NCBI GenBank assembly: GCA_965263355.1
Contig: CBDHHL010000032.1
Span: 3,808,001 to 3,872,000 of the forward strand
Direction: 5' to 3'
Source: Leptolyngbyaceae cyanobacterium
GTDB lineage: Bacteria; Cyanobacteriota; Cyanobacteriia; Phormidesmidales; Phormidesmidaceae
Length of the DNA stretch: 64,000 nt
Part shown: positions 31,449-40,839 of the stretch, piece by piece
Numbering within the stretch: the first letter of the stretch is position 1
Layout: each line of letters begins with the position of its first letter
The notes under the pieces: model-generated
Seen by the model: only the letters and a program-made list of their open reading frames with translations
The model's database searches: none
Told to the model about the DNA's origin: nothing
Translations under genes and position numbers: made by a program

Positions 31449-32795
31449 ATGTCTACCCGCTTGTCCTTTAAAACTAAATTTGCCTATGGTGTTGGTGAAC
31501 TAGGTACAGCTGTCCCTATCGGCCTAGCAATTTTTTATTTATTGTTTTTTCTCACCGAAGTGGTGGGGCTGTCCCCGACACGGGCAGGGGCTGTGCTGTT
31601 GATTGGCCGGGTGTGGGATGCCATCAATGATCCTATTATTGGCTGGCTTAGCGATCGCACCCAATCTCGCTGGGGGCGTCGCTATCCTTGGTTAGTCTCG
31701 GGGGCATTACCCCTAGGTTTTTTCACCTTTATGCTTTGGTTGGTACCACCCCTAGAGTCGGAGACCAGCTTATTTATTTACTACGTGCTGATGGCGGTGG
31801 GGGGCTATGCAGCATTTTCGGTGATCATTTTGCCGATGGTGGCGATCGCAACCGAACTTACCCCCGACTATGATGAACGCACCAGCATTATGTCCGTGCG
31901 TTCCGCTGCTAACATCATCGGTTCAGTGGTCGGGTTAGTGATGGCTCAGATTATCTTCGCGTTGGTTGAAAATACCCGACGACAGTATGTAATCCTGGGG
32001 GGGGCCAGTGCCATAGTGATTGTGATCGCTATTTTTATCTGTGTCATCGGTACCTATGGTCAATATCGTCCGGTGATGCGTCAGCAACCAGAGTTATCCC
32101 CGCACCCGATGGGACGACAGTTGCGTAAGGTGTTTCAAAACCATGCCTTTCGTTGGGTTATGGGACTGTACCTCTGCTCTTGGGTTGGTGTCCAGGTAAC
32201 GGCGGCCATGCTGCCCTTCTTTGTGACCGATTGGATGCAGCTAAACGAACAGCATTTTACCCAAATGGCGATTACCGTTCAGGGTAGTTCAGTGGTGCTT
32301 TTGCCTTTCTGGCTATGGGTGACCAAACGCACTAGTAAACAAAGTGTTTATTTTGCCGGTGCACCGTTGGCCTTGATTGGACTATGTGGCTTAGGTCTGG
32401 TGCAGACTGGCCAGATTGGTCTGATGTATGGGGCTGGTTTAGTTACGGGGGCAGGCCTGTCGACGTTTTACCTGGTGCCCTTTGCGATGCTGCCTGATGT
32501 GATTGATGATGAGGAACTACGTACGGGAGAGCGTCAGGAAGGCATCTTTATTAGCTTGATGGTGTTTTTGCAGAAAGTGGGTGTTGCGATCGCGATCTTT
32601 CTGGCAGGCTGGATGTTGGACTGGGCAGCCCAAATTGGACCCGATACCCGGTTATTAATTATTCGTCTCTTAGCCAGTGCCTTACCGAGCCTATTAATCT
32701 GTGGTGGTGTTTATTGCGTCTATCGCTATCCCCTAAACCGCAGTGCCCACCATCGTATTCGTCTGCAATTAGAACAGAACCGCAAACAAACCTGA
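31449..32795 (+). CDS. MFS transporter, GPH (MelB-like) family
   Basis: WDAINDPIIGWLSDRT.SRWGRR, ELT.DYDERT and PDVIDDEEL.TG.R.EG. Confidence 0.93.
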   Translation: MSTRLSFKTKFAYGVGELGTAVPIGLAIFYLLFFLTEVVGLSPTRAGAVLLIGRVWDAINDPIIGWLSDRTQSRWGRRYPWLVSGALPLGFFTFMLWLVPPLESETSLFIYYVLMAVGGYAAFSVIILPMVAIATELTPDYDERTSIMSVRSAANIIGSVVGLVMAQIIFALVENTRRQYVILGGASAIVIVIAIFICVIGTYGQYRPVMRQQPELSPHPMGRQLRKVFQNHAFRWVMGLYLCSWVGVQVTAAMLPFFVTDWMQLNEQHFTQMAITVQGSSVVLLPFWLWVTKRTSKQSVYFAGAPLALIGLCGLGLVQTGQIGLMYGAGLVTGAGLSTFYLVPFAMLPDVIDDEELRTGERQEGIFISLMVFLQKVGVAIAIFLAGWMLDWAAQIGPDTRLLIIRLLASALPSLLICGGVYCVYRYPLNRSAHHRIRLQLEQNRKQT

Positions 32796-32805
32796 CGTAA
32801 CCCTC

Positions 32806-32831
32806 AGGGGCATTGCATGCAATACCCCTAC
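32806..32831. repeat. REP-like palindrome, TTGCATGCAA family (copy 3)
   Basis: AGGGGCATTGCATGCAATACCCCTAC just after the transporter stop. Confidence 0.8.
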
Positions 32832-32864
32832 GTTTTTTTGACCATTGTCCACCTGACAAAATTT

Positions 32865-33056
32865 ATGCAAACGACTGCCGAATACTACTGCGCCTATTGT
32901 GGTGAACCTAACACCACCTTTATCGACATCAGCAGTGGTCTCACCCAACAATATGTTGAAGATTGTCAAGTATGTTGTCGACCAAACATTCTTTATATAA
33001 CCATTGACGAAGAGACCCTGGACGTAGATATTCAAACCGATTGCGAAGATCGCTAA
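32865..33056 (+). CDS. CPXCG-motif cysteine-rich small protein
   Basis: CAYCGE...YVEDCQVCCRP; ATG at 32865. Confidence 0.88.
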   Translation: MQTTAEYYCAYCGEPNTTFIDISSGLTQQYVEDCQVCCRPNILYITIDEETLDVDIQTDCEDR

Positions 33057-33156
33057 ACCCTCTGAGTATCCTGTAGATCGTTTGTCTGTTCCCGATAAAT
33101 GGGCAGGATAAGTCCGAATTCACATTAATTGTTGTGTAGCTATTGGTAATGTCACA

Positions 33157-34887
33157 GTGACAGCTATGGAGAACCGATTGAAAACTTTTGTTCGTGTTAT
33201 TTCCAGTTCCTTAGTTAGTGCACTATTGCTAGTCAGCTGCAATGGTGGTACTTCTAGCTCTGGGGGCAGCGGAGGGCGTGGGTTTGAAGTAAAACTGCTG
33301 GTGGGCAGTGCCCTACACCATTTCTGTGATGAGGCGGCGGTTCAGTTTAACCAAACTAATCCGAAACTATCGACTGGTGAAGATTTTCACATGACTTGTG
33401 AAGCGGCGGGCAGCGGCGATGTTGTGGAGCGTACCGTCACCCTTGCCCAGCAGTTGCAGCAGGGAACCATTGCCGCTGACGCACCAGAGTTTCCCACGCT
33501 TGTGTCGGTGGATGGTGAGATCTATCAAAATCAGTTGATCTATCGCATAGACCAGCTCTATCCTGGCCAGGACTATATCCCAGCGATTACCGATGCGCCG
33601 CTGTTGGCCCATAGTCCCATGGTGTTTATGGTGCCAACGGATTTGGCCCCTGGTCTGCGCAACGTAGACGATTTATTTGCCAAGCTAGTGACAGCCACCA
33701 CCCATAAAGATTTGGACGCCAGTAGCCCAGCCCAGCCGGTTTACTACGTACATACGGCACCTACCCGCTCCAACTCTGGGTTACAAACCCTGGTGGCTCA
33801 GTTTGCCTCTGTCTCTGGCAAACGGCCAGAAGAGCTAACAGCTGCGGATGTACAGCAGCACCAGGCGGCAGTGCAAAAAATCCAGAGTAAAATCACACGC
33901 TACGGCAAGTCCACATCGACACTGGCTAAGGCCATGGTAGAAAACGGGCCGTTTTGGGCTTCCATTGGTTCGGTGTATGAGTCATCAGTAATTGCGGCTA
34001 ATACGGACCTGCCTGCGGGGGCAACGCGCTATGAAGCGGTGTATCCCAAGTCAACCTTTACATCTAATATGCGGGCTATTGTGCCTAATGCTCCTTGGGT
34101 GAGCGACCAAGAAAAGGAAGCGGCTGACCAAATTATTGAGTATTTGCAATCTCCATCCGCTCAGCAGATTGCCACTGATTTAGGATTACGCCCAGGTTCG
34201 CCAGGAGTAGCGTTAGGGCCAAAATTCTCGGCCAATTTTGGCGTAGACCCCCAGGCTAGTTATGATTCTTACCGTCCTCCAGCACCGGACGTTACTGAAA
34301 CGATGATCACCGCCTGGAGCCAGGTGGCCAAGAAGTCGTCTAAGGTAGTGGTGGTGGTAGATAGCTCAGGCTCCATGGAGGGCAATAAACTACCTGCGGT
34401 GCAGAACACCCTCAAGACCTATGTGGAGAGCTTGGGTCCTAAGGACGAAGTAGCACTCATCGACTTTGACAGTGAAATTCGTCAGCCTATCCTGGTGGAC
34501 GGTACCCCTGACGGTCAGTCCCGTGGTTTACAGTTTGTGGCTAGCCTCCGAGCCGATGGCGGTACCCGTTTGTATGATTCAGCGCTGGCAGCGCGTAACT
34601 GGCTGGCTCAAAATCTGCGACCGAATGCCATCAATGCCGTATTGATTTTGACCGATGGCGAAGATTCTGAATCGGGCATTGGACTTGAGCAATTAGGTCA
34701 AGAACTATCTAAGAGCGGCTTTTCGTCCGATCAACGGATTGCTTTCTTTACGGTGGGCTATGGCAAGGAAGGGGAGTTTAATCCTCAAGCGCTGGAACAG
34801 ATTGCTGAGCTAAATGGAGGATACTATCGTAAGGGTGATCCGGCTACCATTGCTCAGTTGATGGCCGATCTGCAGGTAGAGTTTTAG
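33157..34887 (+). CDS. Lipoprotein: solute-binding domain fused to a C-terminal vWA domain
   Basis: Lipobox LVSC; PTRSNSG and VYES binding-protein motifs; MIDAS DSSGS...GGT...LTDG. Confidence 0.88.
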   Translation: MTAMENRLKTFVRVISSSLVSALLLVSCNGGTSSSGGSGGRGFEVKLLVGSALHHFCDEAAVQFNQTNPKLSTGEDFHMTCEAAGSGDVVERTVTLAQQLQQGTIAADAPEFPTLVSVDGEIYQNQLIYRIDQLYPGQDYIPAITDAPLLAHSPMVFMVPTDLAPGLRNVDDLFAKLVTATTHKDLDASSPAQPVYYVHTAPTRSNSGLQTLVAQFASVSGKRPEELTAADVQQHQAAVQKIQSKITRYGKSTSTLAKAMVENGPFWASIGSVYESSVIAANTDLPAGATRYEAVYPKSTFTSNMRAIVPNAPWVSDQEKEAADQIIEYLQSPSAQQIATDLGLRPGSPGVALGPKFSANFGVDPQASYDSYRPPAPDVTETMITAWSQVAKKSSKVVVVVDSSGSMEGNKLPAVQNTLKTYVESLGPKDEVALIDFDSEIRQPILVDGTPDGQSRGLQFVASLRADGGTRLYDSALAARNWLAQNLRPNAINAVLILTDGEDSESGIGLEQLGQELSKSGFSSDQRIAFFTVGYGKEGEFNPQALEQIAELNGGYYRKGDPATIAQLMADLQVEF

Positions 34888-34895
34888 GAGCGCTG

Positions 34896-35615
34896 ATGAA
34901 GCTAGCCAATCCATTGCAGTATCCACTCGCGGTGCTGGCAGGGGGCATTTTCCTGGTAGGCGGGGTGCGTTTGGCGCGGTTGCCTGCGGCGATCGCAATA
35001 CCCGGTGCGATCGTCATTACAACGGCTGGTGCCGCCGTGCTTAAGTCTCGCGAGCCGGACAAGGTTGAGTTGACTAATAAGGCAATCAACCGCGAATTTC
35101 AACAGGTACGACAGCAGGCAGTGGCTTTGGGTGCCAGGGCAGATGAGCTGAATGCAGAGGCAACTAAGCTGCTAACGGCTAGTGATCAGATTGAGCTATT
35201 GGGGGTGGTGCAGTATGCGTGCGATCGCACCCAGGAACTCCCCAAAAAAATTGACCAGCTTGCCCTGCGGCTAGAAGGCAACGATGCCCTGCTCTCCGTT
35301 AGCGATCTGGAACGACAGCTCAAACAAGCCGAAATCAAAGTTCGCAACAGTAAAGGTGTCGCCCAAGAACACTGGGGCAAGCTGGCCAACAGCCTCAAGC
35401 GTAATATCGCCCTTGCCCAGCAAGGTGAAGACGCCCGCCAGGCCCAACTGGCTAATCTATCCACACTCATTGCTGAATCCGGTGGTGTTCTGCAACAGCT
35501 CCAAAACAAACTTCGTACCGCTGACCTCACTAACTCAGTCGCTGCCAATGAACTGCGAGAACTTAGCGATGAATTCAAAGCCGTCCAAGAAAATGTCGAT
35601 GTCCTAATCGCCTAA
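34896..35615 (+). CDS. Membrane-anchored coiled-coil protein
   Basis: Two N-terminal hydrophobic helices, then a long Q/E/L/A-rich helical region; AGGAG RBS. Confidence 0.75.
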   Translation: MKLANPLQYPLAVLAGGIFLVGGVRLARLPAAIAIPGAIVITTAGAAVLKSREPDKVELTNKAINREFQQVRQQAVALGARADELNAEATKLLTASDQIELLGVVQYACDRTQELPKKIDQLALRLEGNDALLSVSDLERQLKQAEIKVRNSKGVAQEHWGKLANSLKRNIALAQQGEDARQAQLANLSTLIAESGGVLQQLQNKLRTADLTNSVAANELRELSDEFKAVQENVDVLIA

Positions 35616-35642
35616 TTTCTATCCATATTTCCCCTCCATTCC

Positions 35643-35684
35643 AATTTTGGTAGAGACGTTCCATGGAACGTCTCTACCAAAATT
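35643..35684. repeat. Perfect 42-bp palindrome with a GTAG-headed REP-like core
   Basis: AATTTTGGTAGAGACGTTCCA|TGGAACGTCTCTACCAAAATT. Confidence 0.92.
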
Positions 35685-35705
35685 ATCCCTTATCCATTCC
35701 CCACT

Positions 35706-36800
35706 ATGTCCAAACCCCTTATCTCCGTCGCCATTATCGCTGCCTCCGCTGGCCTCGCCTACGCTCCTCTTCCCGGCGTTAACCAAACCATTACCATCGT
35801 CAGCGGTAGCGAGCTACAGGAACCCCTCAAACTCCTCGAAACTCGCTTTGAGCAACAAAATCCCTCAATCCAAATAAATCTTGAGTTCCAGGGCTCTCAA
35901 GATATTGTCAATAAATATATCGACGATAACAACGACTTTGAACCGACAGTTCTGATTCCTGCTAATGGACAATTGCTGGATGAACTCAGCCAACGTTGGC
36001 AGGCTCAGTATGGTGATGAACCATTTTATGAGACACCGCAGCCTATTGCCAAAACAATGCTAGTGGCTGTTTCTTGGCCAGAGCGTGCCCAGGCTTTATT
36101 TCCCGGTGGTCAGTTTCAATGGCAGCGATTAGAAGATGCCATGGCCGATGGCAGCTGGAGTAAAATTGGTGGCAATGCTGCCTGGGGCAGCTTTGACTTT
36201 GTTACCACCGATCCTACACGCTCCAACAGCGGTCAGCTTACCATGAGTCTGTGGTCTCAGGCTGAAGCGAATAGTAACAATCTCAACACCAGCGATTTTG
36301 GTAAAAATAATGTTCAAACTTTGTTTGGGTTGGTAAAACGCTCGGTTTATCAGCCTCCCCGCTCCACGGACATTTTGTTGCAAGAGTTTATTGCCCGTGG
36401 TCCCAATGATGCTGACATTGCCACAGTTTATGAGAGTATTGCCCTCCATCGTTGGGAACAGTCCAGCACTACTCAAGGCAAACCTTACCAAATTCTTTAC
36501 CTGGACCCTACCATTGAAACCGTTTCTACCGCAGCCATTGTGCGCCGTGATGTGAGTGGTGGTGAGGCCAAAGCCGCCCGTTCGTTTATCGATTTTCTGA
36601 TCGCTCCAGAACAACAGGCCGTTTTTGTACAGCATGGTTTTCGCCCCATGAATGCCAACGTTGACCTAAATTCTGTTCCCAATAGTCCCTGGGGTCAAAA
36701 CATTCCTGGAGCGATGACGGATCCTAATGGACGTGTAAGTGCTCCCCCAGATCGTACGGTTGTAGAAGAAGTGATTCGTCAGTGGCAACGGGCCAACTGA
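35706..36800 (+). CDS. Extracellular solute-binding domain protein (paralog of the 33157 N-terminal domain)
   Basis: Signal/anchor; GSEL, GSQD, PTRSNSG, VYES and GFRP motifs shared with the vWA lipoprotein. Confidence 0.85.
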   Translation: MSKPLISVAIIAASAGLAYAPLPGVNQTITIVSGSELQEPLKLLETRFEQQNPSIQINLEFQGSQDIVNKYIDDNNDFEPTVLIPANGQLLDELSQRWQAQYGDEPFYETPQPIAKTMLVAVSWPERAQALFPGGQFQWQRLEDAMADGSWSKIGGNAAWGSFDFVTTDPTRSNSGQLTMSLWSQAEANSNNLNTSDFGKNNVQTLFGLVKRSVYQPPRSTDILLQEFIARGPNDADIATVYESIALHRWEQSSTTQGKPYQILYLDPTIETVSTAAIVRRDVSGGEAKAARSFIDFLIAPEQQAVFVQHGFRPMNANVDLNSVPNSPWGQNIPGAMTDPNGRVSAPPDRTVVEEVIRQWQRAN

Positions 36801-36823
36801 TACTGTTCTCAATCATCAGATAT

Positions 36824-38596
36824 CTAATCAACTTGAGCCCGAAACCTGACAAAACCGTAGGCCCCTGTCGGATCATTAGAGGCGGAGGGCACATCTCCCA
36901 CATTGACTACAATAAATCCGTTATCTTGGGTTTGGCTTCCCTGGGTTAAATCGTAACGGCAGTAGCTTAACGAATCACTATTATTAGCAATGTACGCTCC
37001 TAGATCAAGATCTTCTGCGTTAGTCAGACTTTGCTCACCGCTGTTACGTCCCAACATAATACCGGTATCTGTAGCAAATGCATTCTCTACAAAGGTGAGA
37101 TAGTCAGGAATGCGATCACACAGTCGAAAATCTTGTGCCACTGTGCCCCCATTGGAAAGAAAATAAATGGTGTATTCAATTTCATCTCCCGGTTCTACAC
37201 TAATGCCATTGACAACTCCACTCAGATAGTTAGCTGGCCACTCTGGTGCATTATCATCGTCATCGGGATCGCCCACATCCACATAAGTACTATCAAATAA
37301 TTGTTCATCAGCCTGCCCCCGATTGATTGCTGTAATTCTTTTAACTAAAGCCATTTGGGGCTTTTCTGACGGCTCAAATGGAAAATTAATATTTAAAATA
37401 TCTGTTGTCAAAAGTGTTACCTGACGCGGATTTGTTTGGGATACCTCTACATCCCCTCCACCATAGATAAGCCCCTCTAGTTCTGGATCAGTTTCATCAA
37501 TATCCACCCAGTAAGTTTCATTCTCTGCCAGGTTGGCAAATAAATACTGTCCACTATTTTGAGTCGCTTGCGTCTCAATTAGTAAATCGTCACCGTTGGT
37601 TTCTAGAATATTGTCGCCATCATCTTTGTAGAGCGTAACTGTTACCTCATCTAATCCGCTCTCACTATTATTCAATAAGTCATCTCGACTCCCATCTTCA
37701 AAGGCAGTACCACTAATTTGGCAACCAGCTGCCATGCCTGAGGTCAGAAAGATAGACTGAGTGGCTCCGCCATCCAGGGGGACACCTACTGCATAGGTGA
37801 TTTGGGTGGTGTCAATAAACATATTTTGATAATCAACCACAATCCGATTGCTAGTTTCATCCTCTGATGGGTTGGGACCTAGTTGTTGGGTATTGGATGA
37901 GTTCGAGTTATCGGTGGAAGATGGGTCATCAGCGAAAGAATGTTTATTACCCAAGAGACTCTCTACCAGAATAGAGCCAGTATAGGTATTGGTAGAGCTA
38001 ATGGATGTTCCGTTTAAAGAACTCTCAACTTCAAGGATGTCACGAAAGCGTACATTACTGTTAACATACTGACTATCGATATCTCCAACCAATATACGAC
38101 TACTACCAATTGGACGATTATAATCAATCTCCAAAACCCAGGAATCACCAGGTTCTCCTTTTCGTTCTGTCAGCTTTGGGGTTCTAAGCCCTGTTTCTGG
38201 GTCGGTAAACTCAATGAAAAAGATATCTGGATCATTGCCGGAGGCCACGAACTGACCACTATTGTTGTTAATGGCCACCGTACGTAAGGTGGCTGTAGTA
38301 CCATCTGGAGCTGTTGCAGTCCACACCGTATCCACTGAATATTTAGCTGCAGGATTGCTACCTCCAGTCATGCCAAAGGGAGCACGATCGGGTACAAAGT
38401 CTCCAAATAAGGTATTGTGGCAGCTTAAGGAAATAGGGGCTTGAGGGGAAGTATCAGGTAATGCCTCCAGGGGAAAAGTCGCTTGGGCCGGTGATGCTAT
38501 GATTAATGTAGCCACAATACTCGTTGCCAGCGCTAAAGAATGGGCAGCGGCCATTTTCCCGTTTCTTATCTTTTTTAATGACTGCAGTCTGTCCAT
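36824..38596 (-). CDS. Secreted DUF11-type protein with SdrD-B-like domain (putative tip adhesin)
   Basis: Signal peptide (AQA); unique N-domain; ISGTAFED...VTVTLY...GQYLF (SdrD-B-like); C-terminal LVKRIT...PGDEIEYTIYF...CDRIP...GFVRFRAQVD. Confidence 0.75.
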   Translation of the reverse strand: MDRLQSLKKIRNGKMAAAHSLALATSIVATLIIASPAQATFPLEALPDTSPQAPISLSCHNTLFGDFVPDRAPFGMTGGSNPAAKYSVDTVWTATAPDGTTATLRTVAINNNSGQFVASGNDPDIFFIEFTDPETGLRTPKLTERKGEPGDSWVLEIDYNRPIGSSRILVGDIDSQYVNSNVRFRDILEVESSLNGTSISSTNTYTGSILVESLLGNKHSFADDPSSTDNSNSSNTQQLGPNPSEDETSNRIVVDYQNMFIDTTQITYAVGVPLDGGATQSIFLTSGMAAGCQISGTAFEDGSRDDLLNNSESGLDEVTVTLYKDDGDNILETNGDDLLIETQATQNSGQYLFANLAENETYWVDIDETDPELEGLIYGGGDVEVSQTNPRQVTLLTTDILNINFPFEPSEKPQMALVKRITAINRGQADEQLFDSTYVDVGDPDDDDNAPEWPANYLSGVVNGISVEPGDEIEYTIYFLSNGGTVAQDFRLCDRIPDYLTFVENAFATDTGIMLGRNSGEQSLTNAEDLDLGAYIANNSDSLSYCRYDLTQGSQTQDNGFIVVNVGDVPSASNDPTGAYGFVRFRAQVD

Positions 38597-38675
38597 GATT
38601 CTACCGTTTTTCTGGAGAAAGCAATTTTGAGAGCAACAGGGACTAGCCTGCTACACCATGAAGGTCAGGAAAGAA

Positions 38676-40781
38676 TTAGGGTTCAACTTGTAAATCTGTT
38701 TCTTGATTCACAAAAGAAATCTCAATGCCGCGTATATCGCTAAACACGAATTCCACCCGTCGATTGCGTGCATAGTTAATTCGGTCGGTTTCATCCACCA
38801 GTAGCTCAGTCTCACCAAAAGATCGAATGGTCATCCGCTCGGGGGCAATTCCCTTTTGTATGAGATACCGTCGTGCATTGTTGGCCCGACGCTCAGCTAG
38901 GTCCTGGTTGTAGGCCACACTTGCTCTGGAGTCAGTATGCCCGTGTAAATCAACAACTATCGATGGATATTGCCTCATTATTGACGCAATTTGGTTTAAA
39001 ATCACCGCACTGTCAGGATTAATAAAATCTTCGTCGAGGCCATAGTGGACATTGCGAGGGACCTGGAGATGGAGGATTTCTGGTTCGGGAGAGGGGGAGA
39101 GGGGGGGAGTGGGGGGAGTGGTACATTCAACAGATACCATGGGGGTGGGCCTCATGCGGTTGGGGCGAGTAGTGCTGGTTTCACCGAGAGCAACGACAGT
39201 CGTATTAAGGGCAGGTTCAGAGGTGCCGTAATCTGGATCGGTGGAAATACCACTGATAACATCACCTGGTTGTAGATCTGTCGACGTATAACTAAAGGTA
39301 CCGTTCTCTTGCACATTTACCGTAGTAAGGGGTTTGGTGAGGGGACCATAGTCTCCTGTATTTCCTTGGGTGAGATAAAGCTGTATTGTGGAACCCACAT
39401 CAGCCTTACCCTGGACCACCACCTGACCATCAATTGCAAAGAACTCAGGACTATCAAACTGGGGTGGATTGATAGCGCTGTTGCCGGTATCTCGTCGCCG
39501 CTGGTGGGAATCACGCAGTGGATTAGGACCATCCCCTCGCTGAAAGTCTTGTACACCTCGATTCCGACGGGTATTGAGGTCAATGCTCAACCCTTCTAAA
39601 TTCTCAAAGTGATTGTTCTCAATTATATTGCGCTGGCTGTGGGTATGAGCTCCCTGACTAAAGGCAGTCACCACTACACCAGGGCCTTTTTGATTGGCAA
39701 TGTGATTGTCCATTATCCGGTGGTCATTACCCATCAAGTAAATGGCTGCCCGTCGCAGACGCTGACCATTAAAACGCATGTCGTTGTTGCTAATCTCTAC
39801 AGCTCCCTGGGGTTTAAACAGGAAGATCCCACTACCGTCATTACCACACATCAAATTTCCACTAATCAGACTATTATCAATGTGGCCTTCCAAACGAATG
39901 GCATCGGGCATCCCCGCTAAGCCATTGTTAACAATGAGGTTCTCAACAATTTCTAAATTCTCAGCTCGGACTCCGGTAATTACTCCACTGCCATCGTGAT
40001 ATGAAATACGATTGTGATGTAGTTTTACCCCTTGACTATTGAAGACAGATATCCCAAAGGCAGAGGGCTGTTTTGGGATACTGTTATCTGCTGGAATACC
40101 GATCCAGTTTTGTTCGATAACAATTCCCTGGGGTGGGTGATTCTCGTCATAAAAAGAGAGATGACTAGCAGGGAGAAACTGCTGGCTAGTATCCAGTTGA
40201 GGTGATTCGTGGGCGATAAAAATATCTGCTGGTGGCGTTGACTCAGTTGCTTTGTGCTCTGAGGTAAACCCGTACAAACTGAAGCCACGAATTGTAATGT
40301 CATCTGCGACGATAGTTAAGCCCCGAAATACTTCAGCATCATTGGCAGGTGTGATTTCTACTACTGGAATCGCCACTAAAATTTCTGCTGTGGCTGATTT
40401 GGTGGCGTCATAACCGGGTTGTGTTGTTCCATCGATGGTGAGTCCAGGCTGGGCTAGGACCGGTAATAGTGACTGCAACTCAATGGTGGTGTTGCCAGTA
40501 GGCAGGTCAAAGGTAATGACTGAATTATCTGAGTTAGGGGTAACTTGTTGCTGTTCTGCATCGCTCAGGTCAGCGGTGGTCAAAGTGCCGTTGGTGATTG
40601 AGATCGCTTCTCGCAAGGTAAGTTGATCATCTACGGTGATCGGTCCATCCTGGGCACTGTTCACCGTAATGTGCACCTTAGGCAAATGAGTATTTTCCAG
40701 GGTTTGGGCGGTAGCCGCCGTAGCCACTGTTGCCAAGAGTAGAGATGTTGCTAAGGTTCGAATAGGTTGACAATGGATCAT
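38676..40781 (-). CDS. OmpA-family protein with right-handed beta-helix region
   Basis: Likely start MIHCQ at 40781 with signal peptide; VNS..D...LTLREAI; N/G-rich beta-helix repeats; OmpA C-domain GHTD...NQDLAERRA...NRRVEF. Confidence 0.87.
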   Translation of the reverse strand: MIHCQPIRTLATSLLLATVATAATAQTLENTHLPKVHITVNSAQDGPITVDDQLTLREAISITNGTLTTADLSDAEQQQVTPNSDNSVITFDLPTGNTTIELQSLLPVLAQPGLTIDGTTQPGYDATKSATAEILVAIPVVEITPANDAEVFRGLTIVADDITIRGFSLYGFTSEHKATESTPPADIFIAHESPQLDTSQQFLPASHLSFYDENHPPQGIVIEQNWIGIPADNSIPKQPSAFGISVFNSQGVKLHHNRISYHDGSGVITGVRAENLEIVENLIVNNGLAGMPDAIRLEGHIDNSLISGNLMCGNDGSGIFLFKPQGAVEISNNDMRFNGQRLRRAAIYLMGNDHRIMDNHIANQKGPGVVVTAFSQGAHTHSQRNIIENNHFENLEGLSIDLNTRRNRGVQDFQRGDGPNPLRDSHQRRRDTGNSAINPPQFDSPEFFAIDGQVVVQGKADVGSTIQLYLTQGNTGDYGPLTKPLTTVNVQENGTFSYTSTDLQPGDVISGISTDPDYGTSEPALNTTVVALGETSTTRPNRMRPTPMVSVECTTPPTPPLSPSPEPEILHLQVPRNVHYGLDEDFINPDSAVILNQIASIMRQYPSIVVDLHGHTDSRASVAYNQDLAERRANNARRYLIQKGIAPERMTIRSFGETELLVDETDRINYARNRRVEFVFSDIRGIEISFVNQETDLQVEP

Positions 40782-40839
40782 GGCTCTAGCCTCTGCAGCA
40801 TCAAGTGAACGGAGAAATAGTTGCGTGAAAAAAATAATT

